Shown: in pieces, positions 1 to 11,618 of the stretch
Layout of the letters: each line of letters begins with the position of its first letter
How positions within the stretch are numbered: position 1 is the stretch's first letter
NCBI GenBank assembly: GCA_963766715.1
Contig: CAVYBH010000002.1
Location: forward strand, 96,001 to 160,000
Direction of reading: 5' to 3'
Source of the DNA: an uncultured delta proteobacterium
GTDB taxonomy: Bacteria; Myxococcota; Myxococcia; Myxococcales; Anaeromyxobacteraceae
Length of the DNA: 64,000 bases
The notes under the pieces: model-generated
The model's database searches: none
Told to the model about the DNA's origin: nothing
Seen by the model: only the letters and a program-made list of their open reading frames with translations
Translations under genes and position numbers: made by a program

Positions 1-521
1 GCGGCGGATCGCGCCCTGGGTGCTCGCCGCTCTCCGTCGCGGCGGTGGCCGCGGTCTGGATCGGGCAGGGAGGGTTCTTCGGCGGAGACCCGGCGGTCCA
101 GGTGTGGGCCTTCGGCCCGCTCGCCGCGGGCTTCGCGGCGATCCTGGTGCTCGCCCTCGGAGGCGAGGGCGCGTCGCCCCTCTCCCGGGTGCTCTCCGGG
201 CCCGCGCTCCGCGGGGTGGGGAAGTACAGCTACGGCCTCTACGTCCTCCACTACCCGGCCTTCCTGGCGCTGGAGGCGGTGGGGATCACCTCCGCGGCGC
301 TGGCCCTGCGGCTGGGCGGGCGACTGGCCGGCATCGCGGCCTTCGTGGCCATCGCCGGCGCGGTCACCTTCGCCGGGGCGTTCCTGTCCTGGCACGGGAT
401 GGAGAAGCGCTTCCTGCGCTGGAAGGACCTGGTGCCCTACGGTCGCGCGCCCGCCGCGGCCGGCGCGCCGGGGGCGGACGGTCCGGAGTGCGCGCTGGCG
501 CCTCGCCCGGCGTCGCGCTAG
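1..521 (+). CDS. Acyltransferase 3 (OafA/YrhL-like) membrane protein, 5'-truncated by window edge
   Basis: Hydrophobic ORF with G-x-YSYGLYVLHYP and final LSW-x3-EK-x-FL motifs typical of the acyltransferase-3 C-terminus. Confidence 0.8.
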   Translation, partial: GGSRPGCSPLSVAAVAAVWIGQGGFFGGDPAVQVWAFGPLAAGFAAILVLALGGEGASPLSRVLSGPALRGVGKYSYGLYVLHYPAFLALEAVGITSAALALRLGGRLAGIAAFVAIAGAVTFAGAFLSWHGMEKRFLRWKDLVPYGRAPAAAGAPGADGPECALAPRPASR

Positions 522-562
522 GGATTCGATGGCGCCGGAGCGGCGCGGGAACGGAGTCCACC

Positions 563-1586
563 ATGGAGCATCGTCAGCTCGGCAAGTCGGGCCTGCGCGT
601 CAGCCTGCTCTCCTTCGGGGCCATGACGCTGGGTGAATCCCAGGGGTTCATGAAGGGCGTGACCTCCACCGAGGCGGAGGCCCGCCGCGTCCTCGACCGG
701 GCGCTCGACGCCGGCATCGACACCGTCGACACCGCCAACGTCTACTCCGAGGGAAACTCGGAGGAGCTGCTCGGGCGCTGGCTGGAGGGCAAGCGGGACC
801 AGGTCGTGCTGGCCACCAAGTGCCGGTTCCCCACCTCCGGGCTCGGGGCCCAGGTGGCTCCGCACGACCAGGGGCTCTCCCGCAAGGCGATCCTCAAGGC
901 CTGCGACGAGTCGCTCCGGCGCCTGCGCACCGATCGGATCGATCTCTACCAGGTGCACATGCAGGATCGTTCGGTGCCCATCGAGGAGACGCTCGAGGCG
1001 CTCACCGACCTGGTCCGGGCCGGCAAGGTGCTCTACGTCGGCTGCTCCAACTACGCCGGCTACCGGCTGGTCGAGTCCCTCTGGGCCGCCGACCGGCGCC
1101 ACCTGGTCCCGTACGCCTCCATCCAGATGCAGTGGTCGCTTGGCGGCCCGGGAAGGGGAGCGGGAGCTGGTGCCGGCGGCCCGCGCCTTCGGCCTGGGCG
1201 TGCTGGCGTGGAGCCCGCTCGCCCGCGGCTTCCTCTCCGGCAAGTACCGCCGGGGCGCGCCCCCGCCCCCCGGGACGCGGCTCGCCGCCTGGCAGGACAC
1301 CTGGAAGCAGTTCGACAACGACCGGTGCTGGCGGGTCCTCGAGGCGGTCGACGGGCTGGCGAGGCGGATCGGGTCGACGCCGGCCGCGGTGTCGCTGGCG
1401 TGGCTGCTCGGCCGCCCCGGGCTCTCGAGCGTCATCGTCGGGGCGCGCACCGAGGCGCAGCTGGCCGAGAACCTGGCTGCACTTTCGGTGAAGCTGTCCC
1501 CGGAGGACGTCGCCGAGCTGGATCGGGTCTCGGCGCCGGAGTGGGGGTATCCCCAGAGCTTCATCGGGGCCCGCGAGCCCTGGTAG
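563..1586 (+). CDS. Aldo/keto reductase (one frame break near 1140)
   Basis: MEHRQLGKSGLRVS, DTANVYS, LATK and IDLYQVH motifs; continues in ORF 1140..1586 with WSPLARGFLSGKY and VIVGART. Confidence 0.9.
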
Positions 1587-1597
1587 CGCGAGCCGGC

Positions 1598-3477
1598 TCA
1601 GCCCCGGACGAGCCGCCGCCAGACCCAGACCTCCGCCCCCGGGGCGTCACCGCGCCGGACCACGAGCCGGACCCGGGTGTCCTCCGGGCCGCGGATGAGC
1701 TCGACCGCCCCGCCCAGGCCCACCTCGGAGATCGGGCGCCCCTCCACCGAGAGGATCTCGTCGCCCGGGGCGAGACCGGCCTCGGCCGCGCCGCTCCCGG
1801 GCAGGACCGCGGAGATGCGCAGCGCCGAGCGGCCTCGCCGCTCCAGCGTCGTCCCGATGCCGGCCAGCTCCACGCGCGGGTCCTCTCCCTGCGCCACCGG
1901 CGAGAGGCGGACCTCCACCGGTCCCGCCACGCCGCCGTCCCGGACCTCGATGCCGCCCACGATCCGGGCGTGGTGCCCGTCCGCGGACACGAGCAGGGAC
2001 GCGGTGCGCGGGGGGAGCCCCGCCAGCTGGAACGCTCCGTCCGGGCCGGAGAACGCCGAGGCCCCGGCGTCGAGGACCGATGGCGTTCCGCCGGCGTCTC
2101 CCTCGAGCGACGACGCGGGCCCCGGCGATCGGCTCGCCGCTCGCCCGGTCGAGGACCCGTCCCGCGACCCGCCCTCCCTCCGACATCCGGATCTCCACCT
2201 CGGCCACGCCCGGATGCTCCGGCACCGCCACCTCGACCTCCTCGGACGGGGTGAGGCCCGGCGAGGAGGCCACCAGCACCACCGGGCCCGGGGGCAGGCC
2301 GGCCATCTCGAAGCGCCCCGATGCGTCCAGGACCGTGGCGGACCGGATCGGCATCTTCCATCCGCGCCCCCCGCGCAGCACGACGAGGCGGAAGGACGTC
2401 ACCGGCCTGCCCGAACCCGGCTGCGCGCACCACGCCGGCGACGCGCCCGCCGTGGGTCAGCTCGATGGCGACCTCCTCGCCGGGCCGGCCCACCACCGCC
2501 CTCGGCTGCGCGAAGCCCTCGCGGGAGGCGCCGAGCAGGTAGCGCCCGGGCTGCAGGTCGCGGAGCGTGAATCGCCCGTCCGGATCGGAGGTCGCCTGGG
2601 CCGAGACCGCCTCGTCGATCCGGGCGGGGCCTCCGCGCTGCAGGAGGCGCGCGCCCACCAGCGCGCCCTCGACCGGCGCCCCGCCGCTCGTCACGCGGCC
2701 GGTGACGGAGGCACGCGCCGGCGCCTCCCCGGCCTTCCCGAGCCGGACCACCACGCGATGGGACGCGCGCGCCGCGCGGTCGATCGTGGCCCGTCCCGGG
2801 GCGAACTCCGGGTGACGGGCCTCCAGGACGTCTCCCTCGGCTGCGGACAGGGCGAACGCGCCTCCCGGGCCGCTCGTCGCCCGGTCCGCGGACGGCAGGA
2901 GCGCCCGGTCGCCGGTCGCGCTCCCGAGGACCCGCACCTCCGCCCCCTCGACCGGCTTGCCGTCCGGACCCTGGACCTGGCCCTCGAGGCGATCCTGCGG
3001 GCGCAGCCACACCGAGATCCCGCTCACGCGCTCCCCGGGGCGGGCGTCGAAGGCCACCTGGCTGAATCCCCACTCGGGCGCGAAGGGGACGTGGCCGGGA
3101 GCCGAGGCGGCCGCGAGCTGCCAGCGGCCGGGCTCGGGCGGCTCGAACCGGAACGAGCCGTCGGCGGCGGACCGGACCGAGGCCGCGGCCCCGGCGCGGG
3201 AGAAGGTGACCTCCGCGCCGGCGATGGCGCTGCCCGACCCGGTGGAGCGGACCATGCCCTCGAGCGCGCCCCGGGGCGCGGGCAGGGGAGCGAGCGTCGA
3301 TCCGGATGCGGCCTCGGCAGGGGCGGGGAGGGGAGCGGGAGGGGCGGCGCCCGGCGCGGGGCCGGAGGCTGCCGGAGGCGGCGCAGGCGGGCCGGACGAC
3401 CGGGACCCGATCCCCACGCCCAGGGCGCAGAGGAGCGCGACGGCGAGCACGGCGGCGAGGGTCCGGCGGCGGTTCAT
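1598..3477 (-). CDS. Membrane-anchored protein with repeated carboxypeptidase-regulatory-like beta-sandwich domains and a C-terminal PDZ domain (frame breaks near 2410 and 2100)
   Basis: N-terminal TM, repeated G-x-V...P(V/I)xGA...DG-x-F units, C-terminal GIG...SAVLPGSGAAEAGLAPGDEILSVEG (PDZ). Confidence 0.75.
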
Positions 3478-3555
3478 GGTCCGGACCGGAGCCTACACCC
3501 GGCCGCCGGAGAGGGACGGACTCGTTGACCCGGCGGGGTTCCCGTGTTAATCCGT

Positions 3556-3575
3556 CCATCCGGATATACGAATGG
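3556..3575. promoter_or_regulatory. 20-bp imperfect palindrome CCATCCGGATATACGAATGG overlapping the regulator start codon; candidate autoregulatory operator
   Basis: 8 of 10 pairs complementary; lies downstream of TTGACC (3525-3530) and a TTAAT element (~3547). Confidence 0.55.
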
Positions 3576-4522
3576 AAGCCGCTCCCACGAGACCCGCCGG
3601 GCTCTTCGGCTGGATGGAAGGCCTGGCCGACCCCACCCGGCTCCGGCTCCTCCACGTCCTGGAGCGGCACGAGCTCGGCGTGGCCGAGCTGTGCGAGGTG
3701 CTCCAGCAGCCCCAGTCGACGGTGAGCCGCCACCTCAAGGTGCTCTCCTCCCAGGGCTGGGTCGAGGTCCGCCGGGAAGGGCAGAGCCGCATCTACCGGA
3801 TGTCGGACGGGGTCGACCCCGCCGCGCGGAGGCTCTGGAAGCTCGCCCGCGACGAGAGCGAGCGCTGGGCCACGCTCCAGCACGACCAGCTCCGCCTCGA
3901 CCGGCGGCTGCGGGAGCGCCGGAGCGGGGCCGAGGCGTTCTTCGCCGGGGCCGCCGGCGACTGGGACCGCCTCCGGGCCGAGTGGTACGGAACCGGCTTC
4001 GGCGTCTCGGCGCTGCTCGCCCTCCTCCCTCCGGACTGGACGGTGGCCGACCTGGGCTGCGGGACCGGCTCGCTCGCCGCCGCGATCGCCCCCGACGTGG
4101 CCCGGGTGGTCGGGGTGGACCAGTCGGCCGACATGCTCCGGGCGGCCCGCCGCCGCACCGCCGGTCTCGGCAACGTGGAGCTCCGGCGCGGCGCGCTCGA
4201 GGCGCTCCCGCTCGAGGACGCCTCCTTCGACGCGGCGCTGCTCGTCCTCTCGCTGGGCTGGGTGGCCGACCCGCCCCGGGCCCTCGCCGAGGCGGCGCGG
4301 GTGGTCCGGCCCGGTGGCCGCCTCGCGCTCGTCGACGCCGTCCTCCACGACGACGAGGACTTCCGCCGCCGGGCGGGCCAGGTGTGGCCCGGCTTCGAGC
4401 CCGCCCGGGTGGCCGAGATGCTCGCCGCCGCGGGCTGGACCGACGTGGCCTGCCGCCCCCTCCCTCCCGAGGCCGCCGCCCGCGGCCCCGCGCTCCTGCT
4501 CGCCCGGGCGCGCCGCCCCTGA
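3572..4522 (+). CDS. sahR: ArsR-HTH plus SAM-dependent methyltransferase-fold regulator (SahR-like)
   Basis: [10 protein letters not shown]...[14 protein letters not shown] followed by VADLGCGTG motif I; directly upstream of ahcY. Confidence 0.8.
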   Translation: MEAAPTRPAGLFGWMEGLADPTRLRLLHVLERHELGVAELCEVLQQPQSTVSRHLKVLSSQGWVEVRREGQSRIYRMSDGVDPAARRLWKLARDESERWATLQHDQLRLDRRLRERRSGAEAFFAGAAGDWDRLRAEWYGTGFGVSALLALLPPDWTVADLGCGTGSLAAAIAPDVARVVGVDQSADMLRAARRRTAGLGNVELRRGALEALPLEDASFDAALLVLSLGWVADPPRALAEAARVVRPGGRLALVDAVLHDDEDFRRRAGQVWPGFEPARVAEMLAAAGWTDVACRPLPPEAAARGPALLLARARRP

Positions 4523-4572
4523 GACCGTTCCCCCAACCCCCCAACCCCCGCCGAAGAAGGAAGAAAAGACCC

Positions 4573-6043
4573 ATGGCCAAGACCGCCCGCAAGCCCCGCG
4601 CCGCCAAGCCGTTCGAGTACCTCGTGAAGGACCTCTCGCTCGCCGACTGGGGGCGCAAGGAGATCGAGCTCGCCGAGAAGGAGATGCCGGGGCTCATGTC
4701 GGTGCGCCGCGAGTACGCGAAGCGCAAGCCCCTGCGCGGCCAGCGCATCACCGGCTCGCTCCACATGACCATCCAGACCGCGGTGCTCATCGAGACGCTC
4801 GTCGACCTGGGCGCGAACGTGCGCTGGGCCTCGTGCAACATCTTCTCGACGCAGGATCACGCCGCCGCCGCCGTCGTGGCGGGACGGGGCGGCTCCGCCG
4901 CGTCGCCCCGGGGCGTCCCGGTCTTCGCCTGGAAGGGCGAGACCCTCGAGGAGTACTGGGAGTGCACCGAGCGCGCGCTCGACTTCGGCGGCGGCAAGGG
5001 GCCGACCCAGATCGTGGACGACGGCGGCGACGCCACCCTCCTCATCCACAAGGGGGTCGAGTTCGAGGCGGCCGGCAAGGTGCCCTCGCCCGCCACCGCC
5101 GACTCGGAGGAGTTCGCGGTCGTCCTCGCGCTGCTCGGCCGGGAGCTGAAGAAGGACCGGAAGCGCTGGACGAAGGTCGCGAAGCGACATGCGCGGCGTC
5201 ACCGAGGAGACCACCACCGGCGTCCACCGGCTGTACGAGATGGAGAAGGCCGGCACGCTGCTCTTCTCGGCCATCAACGTGAACGACAGCGTCACCAAGT
5301 CGAAGTTCGACAACCTCTACGGGTGCCGCCACTCGCTCATCGACGGGCTCAACCGGGCCACCGACGTGATGCTGGCCGGCAAGATGGCCGTGGTCTGCGG
5401 CTACGGCGACGTGGGCAAGGGCTGCGCCCAGGCGCTGAAGGGGCAGGGCGCCCGCGTCGTGGTCACCGAGATCGACCCCATCTGCGCGCTCCAGGCGGCG
5501 ATGGAGGGGTACCAGGTGCTCCGCACCGAGGACGTCCTCGGCCGCGCCGACCTCTTCGTCACCACCACCGGCAACGTCGACGTCATCACCGTCGACCACA
5601 TGAAGCGGATGAAGGACGGGGCCATCATCGGGAACATCGGCCACTTCGACAACGAGATCGACATGGCCGGCCTGAAGAAGTTCCCGGGCGTGGTCCGGAC
5701 CAACATCAAGCCGCAGTTCGACAAGTGGACCTTCCCGGACGGCCACTCGGTGCTGGTGCTCGCCGAGGGCCGGCTCCTCAACCTGGGCTGCGCCACCGGT
5801 CACCCCAGCTTCGTGATGTCGAACAGCTTCACGAACCAGACCATCGCCCAGATCGAGCTGGCCGAGCGCGGCGAGCGCTACGAGAAGAAGGTCTACACGC
5901 TGCCCAAGCACCTGGACGAGAAGGTGGCGCGCCTCCACCTCGAGCAGATCGGCGTGAAGCTCACCAAGCTCACCCCCAAGCAGGCCGCCTACATCGGGGT
6001 ATCGGAGAAGGGGCCGTTCAAGCCGGATACCTACCGGTACTAG
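4573..6043 (+). CDS. ahcY: S-adenosylhomocysteine hydrolase (frame break near 5185)
   Basis: [49 protein letters not shown] and terminal YRY. Confidence 0.97.
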
Positions 6044-6075
6044 CGCGCCCCGGGGGCGTCGACTAGGAGGACGGC

Positions 6076-6573
6076 ATGGCCGACGAGAAGATCCCAGGTC
6101 CTCCGCCCTCCGAGCTCGCCCCCGGTGCCTTCGAGCTGCTCGCCACCGGGAAGGTCGGCGTCCTCTCCACCCTGTCGGCGCGCAAGCCGGGCTGGCCGCT
6201 GGGCACGCTCGTCGCCTACGCGCTCGACGGGGTGGGACGCCCCATCTTCCTCTTCACGGAGCTGGCCCAGCACACGAAGAACCTCCGGGCCGACCCCCGG
6301 GCGTCCCTCTTCGTGCAGGAGCCCGGCTCCCGGAACCCCCAGTCCTCGGGCCGGCTCGCGCTCCTCGGCACGCTCACCGAGGTCCCGGGCGGGGAGATGT
6401 CCGAGGCCCGCGACCGCTACGTGGCCGTCCATCCGGAGGGCAAGTCGTTCGCCGAGCTGGGCGACTTCCTCTTCTGGCACATGAACGTCGAGGACGTGCA
6501 CGTGGTGGGCGGGTTCGCCAAGGCCGGGTGGATGTCCTGGCAGGAGTTCCGGGAGAACGCCGCCGGGAAGTGA
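6076..6573 (+). CDS. Pyridoxamine 5'-phosphate oxidase-like (HugZ/CREG) split-barrel protein
   Basis: GVLSTLS...[19 protein letters not shown] and VGGFAKA. Confidence 0.85.
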   Translation: MADEKIPGPPPSELAPGAFELLATGKVGVLSTLSARKPGWPLGTLVAYALDGVGRPIFLFTELAQHTKNLRADPRASLFVQEPGSRNPQSSGRLALLGTLTEVPGGEMSEARDRYVAVHPEGKSFAELGDFLFWHMNVEDVHVVGGFAKAGWMSWQEFRENAAGK

Positions 6574-6620
6574 CCGAAGGACGAGGCGCGGAGGGCGTTC
6601 CCGGGTTAGAACGTCGCGCC

Positions 6621-8015
6621 ATGTCCTCCCCGACCGACCGAGCCCTCGAGCACTACCGCCAGCACGCGCCGTCCTACCTCGAAGACCTCAAGTCGCTGGT
6701 CCGCATCCCCAGCGTCTCCTTCGACGGCTTCCCGCCGGAGCCGGTGCGCAAGAGCGCCGAGGCCACGGCCGAGCTGATGCGCCGGCGCGGCTTCTCGCGC
6801 GTCGAGATCCTCGAGGTCCCGGGCGCCCACCCGTACGTCTTCGCCGAGCAGGTCGTCGACCCGAAGGCGCCCACCGTCCTCCTCTACGCCCACCACGACG
6901 TCCAGCCGGCCGGCGACGAGGAGCTCTGGATCTCCCCTCCGTTCGAGCCCACCGAGCGGGACGGCCGCCTCTTCGGCCGCGGCGCCGCCGACGACAAGGC
7001 CGGCATCCTCGTCCACGCCGCCGCCGCCGATGCCTGGACGCGGGGCGCCGGCGCGCTGCCGCTCAACCTCAAGGTCGTGATCGAGGGCGAGGAGGAGGTC
7101 GGCTCCGACCACCTTCCCCAGTTCATCGCCAAGTTCCGCGACCGGCTCTCCGCCGACGCGGTGGTCCTCACCGACACCTCCAACGTCGACGCCGGCGTGC
7201 CCTCGGTGACCATCGCGCTGCGCGGCCTGGTGGTGGCGGACGTCGAGGTCCGGGCCCTCGATCAGAGCCTCCACTCCGGCATGTGGGGCGGCCCCATCCC
7301 CGACCCGGTGGTGGCGCTGGCCAAGATGATCGCCTCGCTGGTGGAGGCCGACGGCCGCATCGCCATCCCCGGCATCTACGACCGGGTGCGGCCGCTCTCC
7401 GACGCCGAGCGCCGCTCGATCGAGCTGCTCCCGGTCTCGCCCGAGGACTTCCGCCGCCAGGCCGGCCTGCGCCCCGGCGTCCACCTGCTCGGCTCGGGGC
7501 ACCCCCTCGAGGCCAACTGGTGGCAGCCGTCGCTCTCGGTGAACGCCATCCAGGCCTCGAACCGCAAGGACGCCCGCAACATCGTGAACGACATGGCCTG
7601 GGCCCGGGTGGGCATCCGGCTCGTCCCCGACATGGACCCGGCCGACGTGGGCCGCCGCCTCGAGGACGCGCTCCGGAAGGCCGCGCCCTGGGGCATGGAG
7701 GTGAAGATCCACGTCCAGAGCCACGGACCCGCCTGGAAGACCGACGTCTCCCACCCCGCCTTCGCCGCGGCGTTCCGCGCGCTGGAGCGGGGGTACGGCC
7801 GGGAGCCGCTGGCCATCGGCTGCGGGGGCTCGATCGGCTTCGTCGAGCCCTTCGTGGAGGCGCTCGGCGGGGTGCCGGCGCTCCTCATCGGCGTCGAGGA
7901 TCCCCGGTCGAACGCGCACTCCGAGAACGAGAGCCTCAACCTGGCCGACTTCCAGGCCGCGGTGCGCAGCGCCATCGTCCTCTACGGCGAGCTCGCCCTC
8001 GCCCTTCGTCGATAG
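6621..8015 (+). CDS. M20 family metallo-dipeptidase (ArgE/DapE-like)
   Basis: [30 protein letters not shown] and AHSENE. Confidence 0.92.
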   Translation: MSSPTDRALEHYRQHAPSYLEDLKSLVRIPSVSFDGFPPEPVRKSAEATAELMRRRGFSRVEILEVPGAHPYVFAEQVVDPKAPTVLLYAHHDVQPAGDEELWISPPFEPTERDGRLFGRGAADDKAGILVHAAAADAWTRGAGALPLNLKVVIEGEEEVGSDHLPQFIAKFRDRLSADAVVLTDTSNVDAGVPSVTIALRGLVVADVEVRALDQSLHSGMWGGPIPDPVVALAKMIASLVEADGRIAIPGIYDRVRPLSDAERRSIELLPVSPEDFRRQAGLRPGVHLLGSGHPLEANWWQPSLSVNAIQASNRKDARNIVNDMAWARVGIRLVPDMDPADVGRRLEDALRKAAPWGMEVKIHVQSHGPAWKTDVSHPAFAAAFRALERGYGREPLAIGCGGSIGFVEPFVEALGGVPALLIGVEDPRSNAHSENESLNLADFQAAVRSAIVLYGELALALRR

Positions 8016-8084
8016 CCCGGCCGCCGCTCCGGCGAGGTAACATGCGCGACCGCCCGGGCCTCCGCCCGGGAGTCGAGGAGACCG

Positions 8085-10604
8085 ATGGCAGGGAAGAAGG
8101 GCTTCGAGGGGCAGGGCGTGGAAGCGAGGGCGCTGGAGCGGGCCCGCGACCTTCCCAGCATCCGGACGGCGTCCGACGTGGACGCGCTGCGCCGCGCCTT
8201 CGCGGATCACCTCCAGTTCTCGCTGGGGAAGGACGAGCACTCGGCCACCGCGCTCGACCGCTACCAGGCGGTCGCCGACGCGGTTCGCGACCGGATGATG
8301 CGCCACTGGCTCCAGACCCAGCAGACCTACTACCGGAGCGACGCGAAGCGGATCTACTACCTCTCCCTCGAGTTCCTGATGGGCAAGGCGCTCGAGAACA
8401 ACCTCCTCAACCTGGGCCTGCTCGACAACATGAAGGCGGCCCTCTCCAGCCTGGGGCTCGACCTCACCGACCTGCTCGGGCAGGAGAAGGACGCCGGGCT
8501 GGGCAACGGCGGCCTGGGGCGGCTCGCCGCCTGCTTCCTCGACTCCATGGCCACCCTGGCGCTGCCGGCCTACGGGTACGGCATCCGCTACGAGTACGGC
8601 ATCTTCGACCAGGAGATCCGCGACGGCTGGCAGGTCGAGCGGCCCGAGGAGTGGCTGCGCTACGGGAACCCCTGGGAGATCGCCCGCAGCGAGAACCAGG
8701 TGCCGGTGTCCTTCTACGGCCGGACCGAGCGCGGCGCGGGGCCCGACGGCCGGGAGATCGTCCGCTGGGTCGACACCCGCCGGACGCTGGGCATGGCGTA
8801 CGACACCCCCATCGCCGGCTTCCGCAACCGCACCGTGAACACGCTGCGGCTCTGGCGCGCCCGGTCCCCGGCGGAGTTCGACCTGGCCGACTTCAACGCC
8901 GGCGACTACCTGGCGGCGGTCGAGGACAAGAACGTCTCGGAGAACATCTCCAAGGTGCTCTACCCGAACGACGTCACCGTGATGGGCAAGGAGCTGCGGC
9001 TGCAGCAGCAGTACTTCTTCGTGGCCTGCTCGCTCCACGACATCGTCAGCCGCCACCTCAAGATCCACCGCAGCTTCGACAACTTCGCCGACAAGGTCGC
9101 CATCCAGCTGAACGACACCCACCCGGCCATCGCCATCGCCGAGCTGCTGCGGGTCTTCATCGACGACCACGGCATGGCCTGGTCGAAGGCCTGGGACATC
9201 GGGCAGTCGGTCTTCGGCTACACGAACCACACCCTGCTCCCCGAGGCGCTCGAGAAGTGGCCGGTGGAGCTGCTCGGACGCGTGCTGCCGCGCCACCTGG
9301 AGATCATCTACGACGTGAACGTGCGCTTCCTCGAGAAGGTCCGGGGCGACGCGCGATTCGACCAGGCCGCCGTCGAGCGCATGTCGCTCGTCGAGGAGGG
9401 GACGCCGAAGCAGGTGCGCATGGCCAACCTGGCGGTGGTGGGCTCGCACTCGGTGAACGGGGTGGCCGCGCTGCACACCGAGCTGCTCCAGAACGAGCTC
9501 TTCCACGATTTCTACAAGCTCTGGCCGAAGAAGTTCAACAACAAGACCAACGGCGTCACCCCGCGGCGCTGGATCCTGCAGGCCAACCCGGAGCTCGCCT
9601 CGGCGCTGAACGAGGTGGTCGGGCCGGGCTGGATCACCGACGCGACCGAGCTCCAGCGGCTCGAGCTGGTCGTCGACGACGCCGCCTTCCGCCGCCGGTT
9701 CCGCGAGATCAAGCGGGAGAACAAGGAGCGGCTCGCCGAGATCATCCTCCGCGAGAACGGCGTCGAGGTCGACCCGTCGTCCATCTTCGACGTGCAGGTG
9801 AAGCGGATCCACGAGTACAAGCGCCAGCTGCTCGACGTCCTCTACATCGTCCACCAGTACCTGCGCATGAAGGCCGACCCGTCCTTCCGCCCGGTGCCCC
9901 GGACCTGGATCTTCGCCGGCAAGGCGGCGCCCGGGTACGTGATGGCCAAGTGGATCATCAAGCTCGTCAACTCGGTGGCGTCGGTGGTGAACGCCGACCC
10001 CGACGTGCGCAGCCACATGAAGGTGGTCTTCCTGCGCAACTACCGGGTCTCGCTGGCCGAGCGCATCTTCCCGGCCGCCGACCTCTCCGAGCAGATCTCC
10101 ACCGCCGGCAAGGAGGCGTCCGGCACCGGCAACATGAAGTTCGCCATGAACGGCGCCCTCACCATCGGCACGCTCGACGGCGCCAACGTGGAGATCCGGG
10201 ACGCGGTCGGCCCGGAGAACTTCTTCCTCTTCGGGCTCACCGTCCCGGAGGTCCGCGAGCTGAAGCGCACCGGCTACAACCCGTGGGACTGGTACCGGAG
10301 CAACCCCGACCTGCGGGCCGTGATCGACGCCATCTCCAACGGCACCTTCTCGCCCGAGGAGCCGCGCCTCTTCCAGCCCGTGGTCGACTCCCTGCTGAAC
10401 GGGGGCGACACCTACCTGGTCCTGGCCGACTTCGCGGCCTACGTGGCCGCGCAGGAGCGGGTGTCGCTCGCCTGGCTCGACTACGAGCGCTGGACGCGCA
10501 TGGCCATCCTGAACGTGGCCCGTTCCGGCCCGTTCTCGTCCGACCGGACCATCCGCCAGTACGCCGACGAGATCTGGAAGGTGGGGCCCATCCCCATCGA
10601 GTAG
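8085..10604 (+). CDS. glgP: Glycogen/alpha-glucan phosphorylase
   Basis: GLGNGGLGRLAACFLDS, QLNDTHP, KRIHEYKRQ and the EASGTGNMK PLP site; intact 839 aa. Confidence 0.98.
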   Translation: MAGKKGFEGQGVEARALERARDLPSIRTASDVDALRRAFADHLQFSLGKDEHSATALDRYQAVADAVRDRMMRHWLQTQQTYYRSDAKRIYYLSLEFLMGKALENNLLNLGLLDNMKAALSSLGLDLTDLLGQEKDAGLGNGGLGRLAACFLDSMATLALPAYGYGIRYEYGIFDQEIRDGWQVERPEEWLRYGNPWEIARSENQVPVSFYGRTERGAGPDGREIVRWVDTRRTLGMAYDTPIAGFRNRTVNTLRLWRARSPAEFDLADFNAGDYLAAVEDKNVSENISKVLYPNDVTVMGKELRLQQQYFFVACSLHDIVSRHLKIHRSFDNFADKVAIQLNDTHPAIAIAELLRVFIDDHGMAWSKAWDIGQSVFGYTNHTLLPEALEKWPVELLGRVLPRHLEIIYDVNVRFLEKVRGDARFDQAAVERMSLVEEGTPKQVRMANLAVVGSHSVNGVAALHTELLQNELFHDFYKLWPKKFNNKTNGVTPRRWILQANPELASALNEVVGPGWITDATELQRLELVVDDAAFRRRFREIKRENKERLAEIILRENGVEVDPSSIFDVQVKRIHEYKRQLLDVLYIVHQYLRMKADPSFRPVPRTWIFAGKAAPGYVMAKWIIKLVNSVASVVNADPDVRSHMKVVFLRNYRVSLAERIFPAADLSEQISTAGKEASGTGNMKFAMNGALTIGTLDGANVEIRDAVGPENFFLFGLTVPEVRELKRTGYNPWDWYRSNPDLRAVIDAISNGTFSPEEPRLFQPVVDSLLNGGDTYLVLADFAAYVAAQERVSLAWLDYERWTRMAILNVARSGPFSSDRTIRQYADEIWKVGPIPIE

Positions 10605-10607
10605 CGG

Positions 10608-11003
10608 CTACCGGCGGGCCGGCCGCCGCCGGGGCCTCCACCCGAAGCGCTCGAGCGAGACGCGCCCCCGGGCGTCGACCTCCACGCCCTCCCGCTCGAG
10701 CAGCGCCTGCTGCACCGCCGAGCCCATCGGGTCGAGGATCGAGATGGCGGCCAGGCCGCGCGACCGGGCGCCCAGGACGCGCTGCCACGGGATGCGGTGG
10801 CGGGTCCCGCGCAGCGCGGCGAGCGCGTAGCCCACCTGCCGCGCGGCCCGGGGCGCGCCGGCGAGCAGCGCCACCTGGCCGTAGGTCGCCACGCGCCCGC
10901 GCGGGATCCGCGCGACCACGCGGTAGTAGACCGCCCAGCCCGGCGGGGGCTCGTCCCGACGTGTCGTCCCTTTCGGGGCGCTCCGGTTTCGCTGTACATC
11001 CAC
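10608..11003 (-). CDS. Alkyltransferase-like (ATL/MGMT family) DNA-damage binding protein; start uncertain
   Basis: IPRGRVATYGQVA...ARQVG, with PWQRV in place of catalytic PCHRV. Confidence 0.85.
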   Translation of the reverse strand: MDVQRNRSAPKGTTRRDEPPPGWAVYYRVVARIPRGRVATYGQVALLAGAPRAARQVGYALAALRGTRHRIPWQRVLGARSRGLAAISILDPMGSAVQQALLEREGVEVDARGRVSLERFGWRPRRRPARR

Positions 11004-11026
11004 GTCCCCGACATTACGCTTCGTCA

Positions 11027-11608
11027 ATGACCCACGCACGCGTCCCGCTCGCCGTACTCGCCGCCGTCGCGCTCGCCGGCTGCGGCGTCCAGTCGATCCC
11101 CCAGGCCAACAACGCCGTCGCCGGCGCCTGGGCCGAGGTCGAGAACCAGTACCAGCGCCGCGCCGACCTGGTGCCCAACCTGGTCGAGACGGTGAAGGGC
11201 TACGCCACCCACGAGAAGGAGACGCTCGAGGGGGTCATGGCGGCGCGCGCCCAGGCCACGCAGGTGAAGCTCACGGTCGACCAGCTCACGCCCGAGAACA
11301 TGAAGAAGTTCGAGCAGGCGCAGAGCGGCCTCACCGCCGCGCTGGGCAAGCTGCTCGCGGTCTCCGAGGCCTATCCCAACCTGAAGGCCAACGAGAACTT
11401 CCGCGACCTCCAGGTGCAGCTGGAGGGCACCGAGAACCGCATCTCGGTCGCGCGGCGCCGCTACATCCAGTCGGTCCAGGACTTCAACAACCTGGTCACC
11501 GTGCCGCCCACCAGCTTCACCAACAGCCTGCTCTACCACCACGCGCCGAAGGCCCAGTTCGCCGCGACCACCGCCGGCGCTGCCGAGGCGCCCAAGGTGA
11601 AGTTCTAG
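11027..11608 (+). CDS. lemA: LemA family lipoprotein
   Basis: LAGC lipobox, VENQYQRRADLVPNLV, YPNLKANENF and LEGTENRI. Confidence 0.95.
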   Translation: MTHARVPLAVLAAVALAGCGVQSIPQANNAVAGAWAEVENQYQRRADLVPNLVETVKGYATHEKETLEGVMAARAQATQVKLTVDQLTPENMKKFEQAQSGLTAALGKLLAVSEAYPNLKANENFRDLQVQLEGTENRISVARRRYIQSVQDFNNLVTVPPTSFTNSLLYHHAPKAQFAATTAGAAEAPKVKF

Positions 11609-11618
11609 GGGGCGCCCG

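Noticed and set aside
4523..4572. Possible SAH/SAM riboswitch before ahcY
   Set aside because: Only 50 bp, C-rich then A-rich, with no recognisable riboswitch consensus; a protein regulator explains the control.
5170..5200. Programmed ribosomal frameshifting at ahcY or the other breaks
   Set aside because: No shared slippery motif seen and too many unrelated genes are affected; sequencing error is simpler.
6606..10016. Long antisense or alternative-frame ORFs (e.g. 6606..10016, 7283..11608, 29270..31156, 45177..47846)
   Set aside because: Shadow ORFs caused by high GC3 bias on well-supported genes; no motifs and Arg/Pro/Gly-rich translation.
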